Source: the human T2T-CHM13v2.0 reference genome, Homo sapiens. From it: 64,000 nt of DNA. How positions within the stretch are numbered: the first letter of the stretch is position 1; every line of letters begins with the position of its first letter. The stretch lies in NCBI RefSeq assembly GCF_009914755.1, contig NC_060941.1, one strand, 5' to 3'. Under the pieces are notes generated by a model that was not told the origin of the DNA, did not search any database, and saw only the letters and a program-made list of their open reading frames with translations. Shown here in pieces: positions 14,451 through 31,146 of this stretch. The position numbers were made by a program, and so were the translations under genes.

Positions 14451-16242
14451 TGGGTATTTCTTCATAGCAGTGTGAGAGTGGACTAATTCAGTATATTGGC
14501 ACCACAGAGAGTGGGGTGCTGCTATAAAGATACCCAAAAATGTGGAAGCAACTTTGGAACTGGGTAAAAGACAGAGGTTGGAACAGTTTGGAGGGCTCAG
14601 AAGAAGACAGAAAAATGTGGGAAAGTTTGGAACTTCCTAGAGACTTGGAGGGTTCAGAAGACAGGAAGATGTGGGAAAGCTTGGAACTTCCTAGAGACTT
14701 GTTGAATGGTTTCGACCAAAATGCTGACAGTGATATGGACAATGAAGTCCAGGCTGAGGTGGTCTCAGATGGAGATGAGGAACTGCTTGGGAACTGGAGC
14801 AAAGGTAACTTTTGCTATGCTTCAGCAAAGAGACTGGCAGTATTTTGCCCCTGCCCTAGAGATCTATGGAACTTTGAACTTGAGAGAGATGATTTAAGGT
14901 ATCTGGTGGAAGAAATTTCTAAGCAGCAAAGCGTTCAAGAGGAAGCAGGGCATAAAAGTTTGGAAAATTTGCAGCCTGACAATGTGATAGAAAAGAAAAA
15001 CCCATTTTGAGGAGAAATTCAAACCAGCTGCATAAATTTGCATAAGTAATGAGGTGCCTAATGTTAATTACAAAGACAATGGGGAAAATGGCTCCAAGGC
15101 ATATCAGAGACCTTCACAGCGGCCCCTCCCATCACAGGCCCAAAGGTCTAGGAGGCAAAAATGGTTTCCTGGGCTGGGTCCAGGGTCACCCTGTTCTGTG
15201 CAGGCTCAGGACATGGTGCTCTGTGTCCCAGCTGCTCCAGCTGCATCTAAAAGGGGCAAAGGTACAGCTCAGGCTGTTGCTTCAGAGAGTACAAGCCCCA
15301 AGCCTTGGCAGCTTCCATGTGATGTTGAGCCTATGGGTGCATAGAAGTCAAGAATTGAGGTTTGGGAACCTCTGCTTAGATTTCAGAGGATGTATGAAAA
15401 CATCGGATGTCCAGACAGAAGTTCGCTACAGGGGTGGAGCCCTCATGGAGAACCTCTGCTAGGGCAGTGCAGAAGGGATATGTAGGGTAAAACCCCCCAT
15501 GCAGAGTCCCCACTGGAACACCGTGTAGTGGAGCTGTTAGAAGAGGGCCACCATCCTCCAGACCCCAGAAGGGTAGATCCATTGACAGCTTGTGTCGTGC
15601 ACCTGGAAAAGCTGCAAGACACTCAACGCCAGCCCGTGAAAGCAGCTGGGAAGGGGACTGTACCCTGCAAAGCCACAGGGGCGGAGCTGCCCAAAGCCAT
15701 GGGAGCCCACCTCTTGCATCAGCGTGACGTGGATGTGAGACATGGAGTCAAAGGAGATCATTTTGGAACTTTAAGGTTTAATGACTGCCCTATTGGATTC
15801 CGGACTTGCATGGGGCTTGTAGTCCCTTTGTTTTGGCCAATATCTCCCATTTGGAATGGGTATATTTACCCAGTGCCTGTACCTCCATTGTATCTGGGAA
15901 GTAACTAACTTGCTTTTGATTTTACAGACTTATAGGCAGAAGGGGCTTGCCTTGTCTCAGATGAGACTTTGGACTTGGACTTTTGGGTTGATGTTGGAAT
16001 GAGTTAAGACTTTGGGGGACTGTTAGGGAGGCATGATTGTGTTTTGAAATATGAGGACATGCGATTTGAATGGGGGCCAGGGCAGAATGATATGGTTTAG
16101 CTGCGTCCCTACCCAAATCTCATCTTGAATTGTAACCCCCATTATCCCCACGTGTTGTGAGAAGGACCCGGTGGGATTGAATAATGGGGTAATTGAATTA
16201 TGGAGGTGGTTTCCCCCATGTTGGTCTTGTGATAGTGAGTGA

Positions 16243-16564
<322 letters not shown>

Positions 16565-16804
16565 AAGATCTGATGGTTTCATAAGTGTCTGGCATTTCCC
16601 TGCTGGCACTCGTTCTCTCCTGCCACCCTGTGAAAAGCTGCCTTCTGCCATGATTGTAAGTTTTCTGAGGCTTCCCCATCCATTTGGAAGTGTGAGTCAA
16701 TTAAACCTCTTTTCTTTATAAATTGCCCAATCTTGGGTATTTCTTCATAGCAGCATGAGAACAGACTAATACACCAGGTCATGGTAAATGCCACGGTTAA
16801 GTGG

Positions 16805-17190
16805 TGTCTTAAGAATGTACATGTCAGATATGATATGGTAAAGTCAGTGTGGACACAAAGAAAATTAGAACAAGGCCCAGAAAGAAGTTTATCACATTCA
16901 CAGGTCCCAGAGAGGTGGTTATTATGTGCTATGCAAGATCACAGGAGAAAGCACCAGTGTTGGTCAGGAGGCAGAAAAGAGGAATGAGGAAAAACCTTAG
17001 GTCAGAGCCTTAATTGGGGTTTCTGTGGAAAAGGCAAGGCAGGGCTGGGTAAACAGTTTAGGATTGGCTAGTTTTAATAATTCTGGTGGGCTCTAAAGCA
17101 TAGAGATGGTCTCTGGTTGACTGGTATCTGGCCCTGGGATGACTTAGGGTAGGTGAAATATAGGCTTGGTGTGTGAGAATTGGGTAATGG
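16805..17190. mobile_element. Additional ERVL-type LTR fragment (MER76/77-like) inside the provirus
   Basis: Recalled similarity (GGCAAGGCAGGG...AAACAGTTTAGGATTGGCTAG); subfamily and strand uncertain. Confidence 0.45.
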
Positions 17191-17620
17191 CTTATGGCAA
17201 AAACCTGTGAGTACTTTCCAGCAATGACAACAATTGGATTTTGGACCAGAGAATTTCCATTTGAGGGGAAATTATTAGCCTGCTATTGAATATTAATTGA
17301 AATTGCTCTTATGATTGAAGGACAAAAAAATAATTTTAAAACCTAAAATATCAACGAAGTCTTGGGTGATGTCAGAGAAGTGTTCTAATGGGGAGAGCAT
17401 TGCCCAGAAGAGTTCTATAATAACATAGAAATAGTTTATAGAGAATCATGGTACCTTAGGAATGAAAGGATGATATACTCAGGGGCAGGGATCCTCTTTT
17501 CCCCTACAATTGACTTTGGAACTATGTGAGGAGCTGCTGGATTCTATCATCACTTAGACAGTGCCCTATAAAGTAGTCTTTGACCAACAAAGAGATGCTT
17601 GATTTGTGGACGGTAGTTTT

Positions 17621-17931
<311 letters not shown>

Positions 17932-18544
17932 TAAATGGACAACATCCTGTTTGGAACACCACAACTGTAATTAAAGAAGGTAAAAACAAATCAGCTTGGT
18001 GAGCTGAATAATCTGCTGTTTTCCTAGAAGTGATGGAAGAACTGAACAGTGATACATGCCCATATGTTTCAGTTTCTGATTCATGGGCAATGGCCAACAG
18101 CCTGGCCATGTGGTAAGGCAAGAGTGCAATGGAAACTTGGCATATTAAAGGGACTCTCATATGGGACAAAGCCCTGTGGAAATCACTATGGGAATTTGAG
18201 GGGTGCATTAAAGTAGGACATGTCAATGCTCGGTAAAAGACCCCCCTTCCAGATTTGGAAGCTGATCAGAACCAATTAGTAGGTATCACAGTGTGCGTGT
18301 TTGAGGTGAGCACGTGGGTCCATAAAATGAGTAGACAGGATGGGGGATGCTACAGCCACTGCAGAAGATGGGCTGAATTTGGACATATTTCCCTTGGACC
18401 TCCTGAGGCACAAAATAGCAACAAACTATTATGTCTGCCAATAAGAGAGACAGTTACTATAGGTGACTATGGGGAAGATTCCCCAGGGGGAAGACCCCAC
18501 ACATAGTTGGCAAGTGGATTGCATTGAAGAGCCAATGCTGGTAG

Positions 18545-19190
<646 letters not shown>

Positions 19191-20286
19191 TGACGGGGAT
19201 AAACACAGACTCTGGAAGGGGCTTTGCTTACCTGGTTGTATACACAAATGGTCAGTACCACGAAAGAACCAGAACAGAAGATATTGCACCAATTTGAATG
19301 GCTGAGCCACATTTCTTTAGACTAAGGAGCACTCTACTTACAGCCCATAATGTCAAACAATGGGCAAAGAGCTATCCTCCTCAGAGTAGTAGTTTGATAG
19401 ATATCTAAAATAGGGTAAGGTATAGGTGTGAAGGGTTGGTTTATGCATTTGCACAAGTGTGAGGTCACATTGAAATGAGCTAAGGGAGTGTTCCCACTAG
19501 GTAGATTCCTCTGTTTTTCTGGTGGATTAGGGAAGAGGAGGTGGGGGAGGATGCTGATATGACTATACAATTCTTGCCAAAGAGGAGGATATTGGTGTGA
19601 TGACTATTCTTTTTTTCCTTCCCTACATTGTCACATCAGCTTTCTCTTTCCTACCAGATGCAGTGGTTGCAATACCAGCACTGTAATTACAAGTGCCAGA
19701 AACAGAGATGATTTCTAAAGCAAGAAAGTGTAACCGTAGCTTTAAACCTTTATGTCAGAACTCCTAAGGGCCTGATGAGGCAGGCTGTGCCTTTACCCCA
19801 TCTGGCAAAATTGGGGTTAACATTGAATGCAGATGTATTGCCTAGTGGTAGAAATAGCCCACTAGTTCCGTACCTGTGTAACCCTATCCTGTATGTATGG
19901 GAGTTGACTGAGGGAGAGGTGCTTGCTAGACTAGTATTGCTGCCTACGATCTAGACCAGTGCAGTGGTCAAACCTAATATTCCTCCCAAAGGTGGGAAAG
20001 TTTGGGCATAAACAGTAAGAAGGAGGAAGAGTAGCTGAGAGTAAAGGAATGAATAAATGAGTTATGTAACAAGTCCTGTGAGTCATCCTAGCAAATTATT
20101 AAACATGTGGAGGGGAGTCCCCGATTTTGTAGCTAAGTCAGACAAAAGTGCAGGTAACCTGGGGACCTGGTACTTGAGACTGTTGTCTAAAGTAGGGAGA
20201 GTACTGTGCAGTACTGTGAGACTGAGCCTGTAACCTGTGCGGTCTACGCAAACATCAGGAATTACAATCAGAATTGAATTGAAGTG

Positions 20287-20677
<391 letters not shown>

Positions 20678-20956
20678 CTACAATAAACATGTATTACTTT
20701 TATAATGGAAAATAGTCAAACATCATGTTTTAAGTGAAGTTAATATAATTGGAACACTGGATAAGCACCTTAAATTCTCAAAATTTGCTGATAACCTACA
20801 ACTATGAAATGCAAATATTTGTGAAATTAACAAAACAGAATCACTCCTAACTAAACCTACAATTGCAAGTTTTCCTTGGAGAGCTGATTTCTTCTCTACA
20901 CTAAGCCTAAGCAATATCTACAGGCATCAGTGTTTAGTCTGCACACTACGGCTCAC

Positions 20957-21058
20957 CTCCTATGTCTTCATCTTCATTGGCTGGGCCTTCTCCACTGTCC
21001 ACATTTTCCATTTCATGAGATTTGGTTAAACTGTAGTCATTCAAAACCGCTGCACTTT
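20957..21058 (-). CDS. IKZF3: IKZF3 coding exon 3 (102 nt): ESAAVLNDYSLTKSHEMENVDSGEGPANEDEDIG; gene continues beyond window start
   Basis: tttag acceptor and GTGAG donor; translation matches Aiolos; phase 1-1. Confidence 0.97.
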
Positions 21059-21229
21059 CTAAAAGATAAAAGGAATTTTAAGTATGTGGTTCAACGTTAA
21101 AGGATTTTTATAAATATATATTAAGTAGACCCCCATTTAACTTTCAGCTTCACACAATCCTTTAGTGACAGATAGTACCCCTTCACACATACCCAAAAGG
21201 GATGTATACATGAAAACTCTTGAGGTTTA

Positions 21230-21601
<372 letters not shown>

Positions 21602-22668
21602 TCATCTGAGTTAAAGGGCACTCATGTTCCTTCTGGAGAAAAACTATCTCTCCATTGGTATATCTCACGATATTCAGTAGGATGCCATTGCTATTTATGA
21701 CAAAGTAGTGACCAGAAATACTAAGCGTGCAAACACTGGCATAACCTAATTTGGGAAAGATGCTTTCCTAGGAGGAAGATCTGTAAGCTTTCTGTATGCC
21801 AAATTCTGTTTTTCCCTTCTGTTCACATTATAAATGTGATTCTGTGGAAAACATATTGGACCCCAAGTTTCTTTATTTGTTTGAACATTTACTGAATGTT
21901 GACAAGGCTACAGATATGAATAAGTCATTATGTCTTCAAGGAGCTCATACTTTGAGATATAGATAAGAGAAGCCCACAACTCTAACACATGGTAGGCTCA
22001 GACAAAGGATTAAATAAAGGAAATACAAAGTGTTATTAAAGTTCATAAGTGAAAGGGAGCAGACATAATAAAGACATGCTTAAACAAACAGCAAACTTGT
22101 TACAAAATAAGTTTAAGAGAAATGTATAATAAATATTGATAATACTAGAAGAAAAAGGAACAATGCAACTGGAATTATTTTCACATATAGGCATAGTAGC
22201 TTAACAAAAAGATGATAGCAGAAGAAATGAACTGAAAAGTTACCCTCTTTTTATCTAACTCCTTCCCAATCTTCAATAAAATATTTGCTGAGTTCCCATT
22301 AATATAAAAAATAGTCAAAGACACTGAATCCTGTGGCACTGAGGCTGGGCTGAAGTAGGGAGGTAACTAGAAGCTCTGCAGTGGCACTCCTTTCAGCTGA
22401 GCCATGACCAAACACACGCGGGAGCGAAAGAGAAACACGTTTCACAAAACCCATCACTAAGAGCCCCTGAAAATGTGGTCACCATGGACTCAGTGTTTGA
22501 TTTATGAATATCTGAAGTTTCTAATTTCTGCATATTATGATGTATACTCTGTGAACTCTAAGATACCATTCTAAACAATGGTTCACTTTTCTCAAGCCTG
22601 AAATGACTAAAATATAGTGGACACCTAAACAATTAATATGAGATTTAGGTTCAGTTAAAAGATGTGAT

Positions 22669-22966
22669 TGGCCGGGTGCGGTGGCTCATGCCTGTAATCC
22701 CAGCACTTTGGGAGGCCGAGGCGGGCGGATCACCTGAGGTTGGGAGTTCGAGACCAGCCTGACCAACGTGGTGAAACCCCGCCTCTACTAAAAATACACC
22801 AGGCATGGTGGTGCATGCCTGTAATCTCAGCTACTCAGGAGGCTGAGGCAGGAGAATGGCTTGAACCCGGGAGGCTAAGGTTGTGGTGAGCCGAGATCAC
22901 ACCATCGTACTTCAGCCTGGGCAACAAGAGCGAAATTCCGTCTCAAAAAAAAAAGAAAGAAAGAAA
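22669..22966 (+). mobile_element. AluS-like
   Basis: Alu dimer; TSD AAAGATGTGATT. Confidence 0.92.
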
Positions 22967-23128
22967 GATGTGATTACAAGTTACAGTAACACAAAAAGGC
23001 ATTTCAGTGATAAATTAAATTTTGTAATATAATGTAAGCTTTGATTCACACAGTGAGTTAATCAATGGAGGACACAGAAGTTATTTTCAGGAAATAAATT
23101 ATTGTAAATGTTTATAATTTATTCTAGA

Positions 23129-23329
23129 GCAGGGATCAGTAAACTATGGCCTGAGGTACAAGTCTGACCATAGCCTGCTTCTGTGTGGGCCCAAGAGGTA
23201 GGAATGGTTTTTACATTTTTTAAGGGTTGTAAGAAATACAAAAAATAATACGTGACAGAGACCATATGTGGCCTGCAAAGTCTAAATATTTACTATCTGG
23301 CCCTTTACAAAAAAGTTTGCAGACCACTG
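23129..23329 (+). mobile_element. MER58-like MITE
   Basis: CAGGGATCAGTAAACTATGGCC...TTTGCAGACCACTG. Confidence 0.78.
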
Positions 23330-23667
23330 TTCTACAGTAAAAATCGCAAGTCATTCAAATACAAGCTACTATATTATTCAACAAAAACTGTCTTCAGAGC
23401 AATGAGCTGAAAAATCAAAAACAAACAAACAAACAAACAAACAGTGATCAACATTAGGTAGTGTATGTTTGGCCCTAAGATGCTAAAGAACTTACATGAT
23501 CTAAATGGATGAGTTATTTTTTCATCAGCAACAGACAACCATATTTAAAAAAAAACACACACACATTTCCATAGCATTTTTACTGCAACCAGAATAAGCA
23601 CATTCCTCTCTCTTTGGTATTTTTTTTAGTAAAGGTATATTTCCAGAGAGGAAAGACCTGATGTTAC

Positions 23668-23721
23668 CTGCGGGCACAGACTGCTCCTGAGTGCTTTTCA
23701 GTTCCGCATTTGTTTGTATAT
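23668..23721 (-). CDS. IKZF3: IKZF3 coding exon 2 (54 nt): DIQTNAELKSTQEQSVPA
   Basis: tttcag acceptor and GTAAC donor; manual translation matches Aiolos; phase 1-1. Confidence 0.97.
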
Positions 23722-24099
23722 CTGAAAAGAAAGAGGTTATAAATATTAGCTACTTAGGGTACATTTCTACAGGTTTGAGCATTCCAAATTTAATAAGGGA
23801 TACCATTTCGGAAAACTTAACAGCAGAATTCCTCTTTCAGAGCAAGATTACTCTTTCTCTATATTCTCCCTAAAAGCCTTTCAAGGAGCATGAAAAAAAA
23901 ATATTGATGCAGCAATGTTACTCTAAGAACTTTCTGCCAGAGATCTACTTACACCAAGAACAATATGCAAAAAGTGGGTTCCATTAGAAATAATTTCATA
24001 TATTCTTTATTCTTCCCCAATATTTTATTATGAACACATAGAAAAAAAGAGTTCAAAGTGGTATATATATATATATGTACATATATATGTACATATATA

Positions 24100-24600
24100 T
24101 AATGAAATACTATTCAGCAATTAAAAAGAATAAAATCATGTCATTTGCAGCAATATGGATGGAGCTGGAAGTCACTATGTTAAGTGAAATAAGTCAGGCA
24201 CAGAAAGACAAATATCACATGTTCTCATTCATATATGACAGTAAACACGTTGATCTCATGGAGGTGGAAAGTAGAATGATAGACAGGGTGTGTGGGTGGG
24301 AATGGGGGATGAAGAGAGATTAGTTAATGGGTAAAACATATAGTTACATAGAAGGCATAAGCTCTAATGTTTGACAGCAGAGTAGGGTGACTATAGTTAA
24401 CAACGACGTATTATATATTTCAAAATAGCTAGAAGAGAGGACTTGAATTGTTTCCAACACATAGAAATGATAAATACTCAAGGTGATAAACATTCCAAAT
24501 TCCCTGACTTGATTATTATATATTCTATGCATGTAACAAAATATCACATGTGCCCCATAAATATGTAAAATATTATGTATCAATAAAAAATTTTAAAAAA
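24100..24600 (+). mobile_element. L1MA-type 3' end
   Basis: ORF2 C-terminal remnant (YYSAIKKNKIMSFAAIWMELE), 3' UTR, AATAAA and A tail. Confidence 0.88.
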
Positions 24601-24609
24601 AGAACTGCA

Positions 24610-25830
24610 CAGTTGAACATCCATTACTCACCCTCTGGATTCTACAATTAACATTTTGCTATTTTTGCTTTCTCACATATGTTTCCACCCATTCATCTCT
24701 CAATCCATTCATCGATCCAGCTTTTTCAACGCATTGCAAAATAAGTTGCAGATATCAGTATACCTCAGTCCTAACATTTCAGCATGATTATTATTAACTA
24801 AAATTCAATATCTGTTTACAAGATTTTAAAAAGTAAATTTTACATACAGTGATATGCATGGATCTTAAGTGTACCATTCAATGAGTTTTTAAAAATGCAT
24901 ATCCTCATGTAATGCAAACCCCTATCAAGATACAGAACATTACCATCATCCCAGAAAAGCTCCCTCACATCTCTTCCTAGTCAATTCCCACCCACATACT
25001 CCAGAGACAACTACTGTTTTGACTTTTTCCACCATAGATTAGTTTAGCCTATTTTAGAACTTCATAAAAACAGAATCACACAGACATATGGTATAAATTA
25101 TTTTGCCCGAGGCTTCTTTCACTCAACATAATGTTTTGAGATACATCCATTCTGTGGTGTTTATCAGTAGTTCATTCTTTTTTATTGCTAAGTAGTATTC
25201 CATATGAATATCCCAGTTTGTTTATCCATTCTCCTATTGATGGACACCTAGACTGTTTCCAGTTTGGGCTATTTATAAGTCAAACTACTATGATATTCCT
25301 TTTTAAAATAATAAACTTTTAAATTTTAGAGTAGTTTTAAATTTATGGAAAAATTGCAAAGATAGCACAGAGAGTTCCCATATACCCCACACCCAATTTC
25401 CCCTATTATTAACATCTTATATTAGTATGGTACATCAGTTATAATTAATGAATATATATTCATACATTATTACTATCTAAGTATTCAGATTTCCTTAGTT
25501 TTCATCTAATGTCCTTTTTCTGTTGCAGGATCCCTTCCAGGATCCCACATTACATTTAGTCATCTTGTCTCCTTAGGCTCCTCTTGGTTGGGACAGTTTC
25601 TCAGACTTTCCTTGTTTTGATGATCTTGACAGTTTTGAGTACTGGTCAGGTATTTTGTAGAATGTCCCTCAACTGGGATGTGTTTGTTTTTCTCATGATT
25701 AGACTGGAGCATGATCATCCTTGCACAAGTATTTCTGTGGTCATATGCTTTCATGTCTCTTGAGTCAATACCTAGGTGTGGAATTACTGGGTTATAGGGT
25801 AGGAGGCATATATCTAGTTTCAACACAGTG
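24610..25830 (-). mobile_element. Nested old L1M (L1MB/MC/MD-type) 3' fragments
   Basis: Antisense L1 3' motifs (TTTATCCATTCTCCTATTGATGGACA; ATAGATTAGTTT). Confidence 0.75.
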
Positions 25831-26259
25831 AAACTAGAACTTGTTCAAAAGTGCTTCTTCCCTCTACTTTGGGCTTAACTTACTCTGCTTCTGCCCTCTT
25901 AAGGTGAAATTTTAGTGACTGACTTTATTCCTTTCTTCTTTTCTAATTGTAAACATTTAAAGCTATAAGTTTTCCTGTAAGCATTGCTTTAGCTGCATCT
26001 CATAAATGCTGATGTTTTGATTATAATTCAGTTCTAATTTCCCTCGAGTCTTCTGTGATCCACTGGTTATTTATAAGTGTTTAATTTCCAGATATTTGGG
26101 GGAATTCGGGAATTCTTTAGCTAACTTGTTATTGAAGTCAAATTCCATTGCACTACAGTCAGAGAACACAGTCTGTGTGACTGTAGTCCTTTTAAAAGTA
26201 TTAAGACTGGTGTTCTTGGTGAATGTGCCATGTGTAGTTGAGACATATGTATGTTCTGG

Positions 26260-28060
26260 TTTTTGTTGGTTTTCTTTGTTTGTTTTGTTTTGCTTTGCAG
26301 ATCTGGCTGAGGCTTTATTTTGGAGGAAAAAAAAATGATGTAATTGTTTTGTAGCTGGAGGCATGGGCAAGGGGGGTATCCCAGGCAGTAAACTCCCCAT
26401 GGGTGGGCTGAGGGTTAGGGCTGAGCCTCAGGTGGGTCTCCTGTTCCCTATACTCCCCTGCACAGTGGCCTCCTCCACAGGCTCTGGAGAAGCCATGGGA
26501 GGGGGTAGGCTGGGAGGGGCTGCTATGGCCTTTCACCTGGGCAGGACATCAGAGGACTGGGACACCAGCTTCCCATCGTGGTCTTGATCTTCTTCACAAC
26601 CACAGCCCTAGAGAAGCAGGCACAGCCAAAGGAGCTGGAGCCCCCGCCAGAGCCAAAGCTGGATCCCAAGCCATAGCTGAGGCCAGGGCTTGTAAGGCCC
26701 CTGTAGGCTGAGCTCAGCCCACCTGAGTAGCCCCTGGTGGTCTTCATATGGATACTCATGCTCTGCATCCCAGACTTCAGCTGGCTCTCCTTGCCCTCCA
26801 GCAACTTCCTGTAGGTGGCGATCTCAATGTCCAGGGCCAGCTTGATGGTCATCAGCTCCTGGTACTTGAGCAGCTGACGCGCCACGTCCTGCTTGGCCCA
26901 CTGTAGGGCGGCCTCCAGCTTGGACCCCCTGGCATTGGCATCCTTAATGGACCGCTCCCCACACATACACAATGGCGGCCTCCAGGGAAGCCCTCTGGCC
27001 TTTGAGGCCCTCTGTCTCAGACTGGAGCCGGCTGATGTTCCAGTTTATCTTGGAGATCTCCGTCTTTGTACAACGCAGGTCATCCTGTGCTTCCCAGGCA
27101 GGGTCTGCAGCTCCTCATACTTGATCTGGTGCATGCTGTCAGCCTTGGCCTGGCTGCGGTTGGCGATCTTCTCATACTGGGCCTCGACCTCAGCAATGAT
27201 GCCGTCCGTGTCCAGGGAGCAGCTGTTATGCGTGGACAGCCCCACAGATGTGTCCAAGATCTGGGACTGGAGCTCCCAGATCTCCTCTTCATACAGCTGC
27301 CTGAGGAAGCTGATCTTGTAAGCTTGCCATCCAGGTAAGACTCCATCCAGCTCCACCCTATTCATGTATGCCTCATCCACATCCTTCTTGATGAGGACAA
27401 TTTTATTCTCCATCTCTGTATGCTTACTGATCTCATCCTCGTACTTGTTCTTGAAGTCCTCCACCAGCCCCTGCATGTTGCCAAGATCTGCCTCCAGTTT
27501 CAGCTTCTCCTGGCCTAGAGTGTCCAGCTGCCACGGAGGTTTGTTGATGTAGCTCTTGGACATGTTGTCCATGCTGCTCCAAGCTGTCTTCTGCTGCCGC
27601 AGGAGGCTCTACTTGGTCTCCAGCATCTTGTTCTGCTGCTTCAGGAACCGCGATGAAGGGGGCAAACTTGTTGAGGGTCTTAATCTGCTCCTTCTCCTGA
27701 GTGCACACGGCCTGGATGTTGGGGTCCACCTCCAGCTTAAGGGGGCTCAGCAGGCTCTGGTTGACCATGATGGCTGTGATGCCTCCTATAACCACCAGCT
27801 CGGCCATAGCCTCCACCCAGACCCATGCTGGCACCCAGGACACCCTGGACACTGCTGCTGCTGCCCACTTGGGAGAAGCTCGAGGAACTGACGCAGGCAC
27901 CAGGCCTACTCATGTTGGAGTGGCTGCTGAAGGTCCGGGGCCAGAGGTGGACACCCTGTAGAACTTCTGGGTCACCCTGATGGACATGGTGGAGGCGGGA
28001 GTGGAGGCAGGTGGGCAGAAACAGGGGGAGATTCAATAAGTAGTGGAGAAACTGCTTCTA
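26260..28060 (-). pseudogene. Processed KRT8 pseudogene (probably the annotated KRT8P34)
   Basis: Intronless; ATG TCC ATC AGG GTG at 27987, former stop 26533-26535; ORF fragments in several frames ([49 protein letters not shown]); both UTRs, AATAAA at 26314-26319 and a decayed poly(A). Confidence 0.96.
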
Positions 28061-28475
28061 GGTATTCTGCAGTTCTCAAGTGTACTGTTTAATAAATGTT
28101 AATTAAATCAAGGTAGTTGACAATGTCATTCAGATCTATGGATATACTAATTTTTGACTAGTTGTTTAGTTGCTGAAAAAGGAGTATTAAAATCTCCAAA
28201 TATGACTGTTGATTTGTCTATTTCTCTCTGTTCTAGGGACTATAAAATATATCTTTAATTTTCCAGGCTTCTTAGAGTTAAAATTATACACTTCACATAA
28301 AATGTAAAAAGCTTGCAACCATTTAGGCCCATTTCCTACCCTCCAACCTTTATACTATAGTTGTCATATGTATCACATCTGCATATACTTTAAACCTTAC
28401 CATACAATGCTAATTCTTGCTTTGAATAGTCATATTGTATTTTAAAGATTAAAATGAAAAAATAGTACTTTCTAA

Positions 28476-28685
<210 letters not shown>

Positions 28686-28688
28686 TAG

Positions 28689-28832
<144 letters not shown>

Positions 28833-29032
28833 TGAGTTCTGATCTGGTATCACGTCCCTACAGTCTAAAGAACTTTAGCATTTTTAATAGTGCAATTATC
28901 TGAGGGACTTTTCTTGTTTTCAATTATTTGCAAATGTCTTTACTTTGTCTTCAATCTTATAGGATATTTTTACTAGATATAGAATTCTGAGTTTACAGGG
29001 TTTTTTTCTTAAAACTTTTTTTTTTTTTTTAG

Positions 29033-29392
<360 letters not shown>

Positions 29393-30530
29393 TAGTAGAG
29401 ACGGGGTTTCACCTTGTTAGCCAGGATGGTCTCGGTCTTCTGACCTCATAAACTGCCTGCCTCAGCCTCCCAAAGTGCTGGGATTACAGGCGTGAGCCAC
29501 CACGCCTGGCCTGTCTTCTATTGTTTCTGATGAGAAGTCAGTGATATCTTGTGTTGTTGTTTTCCTATAGGTAATGTGTTCCTTTTCTCTAAGTGCTTTC
29601 AAGATTTTTCTCTTTACTTTTGGCTTTCAGCAGTTTGACCATAATATTCCTAGCTGTAATTTTATTTGCATATATCCCACTTGGGTTCATGGAACTTCTT
29701 AAATCTGTACAGTTACGTTTTTCACCAAACTTAAGAAATTTTCAGCCATTATTTCTTCAAATATTTTTTCTGTTCCATTCTCCTCCCCTTTTCCTTCTAT
29801 AAGTTCAATTATATGTGTGTTAGATCTTTTCATATTTTCCCACAGTTCCCTGAGACATTGTTGTTTTATCTCCCCACAATGCTTTTTTCTCTGATATTCA
29901 GAAGGAATAATTTCTATTTTCATATCTTCAAGTTCATTTACTCTTTCTTCTGTCATCTTAATTTGCTGTTAAGCCTATCTAATGAGTTTTCTTTTTCAGA
30001 TATTGTAATTTTTAGTTCTAGAATTTCCATTTAGTTCATTTTAATTTCTCTGCTGAGGTTTTCTATTTGTTTATTAAAAGCATATTTTCCTTTATATCCT
30101 TTTCATTTTTCTCTAAATGCTTTCAAATATTTTTTCTGTTCCATTCTCCCACGCTTTTCCTTCTATAACTTCAATTACAGAAGTGTAATTACTATAGTTT
30201 ATACAAGTTCTTGTCTGCCAGTTCCATTATGTATGCCATCTTGAGGTCAGTTACCATTGATTTCCTTTTCTCTTGAGTATGGGTCATATTTTCCTGCTTC
30301 TTCATATGACCACATAATTTTGGATTGTATGCTGGACCTTGTGAATGATATATTACATAAATTGTGAATTCTATATGTTCCTCTGAAGCATGTAGGAATC
30401 TTTGTTTTACTTTTTTTTTAAGAGATAGGATTTTGCTCTGTGGCCCAGGCTTGAGTGCAGTGGCATGATCATAGCTCACTGTAACCTTAAACTCCTGGGC
30501 TCAAGCAGTCCTCCTGCCTGAGTCTACTGA

Positions 30531-31146
<616 letters not shown>

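Noticed and set aside
14540-15908. ORFs of 96-156 aa in the THE1 interior as a novel gene
   Set aside because: Fragmented MaLR internal ORF across several frames, with no splice structure.
26523-28036. Keratin-like ORFs as a functional gene
   Set aside because: Multiple frameshifts, no introns, poly(A) remnant.
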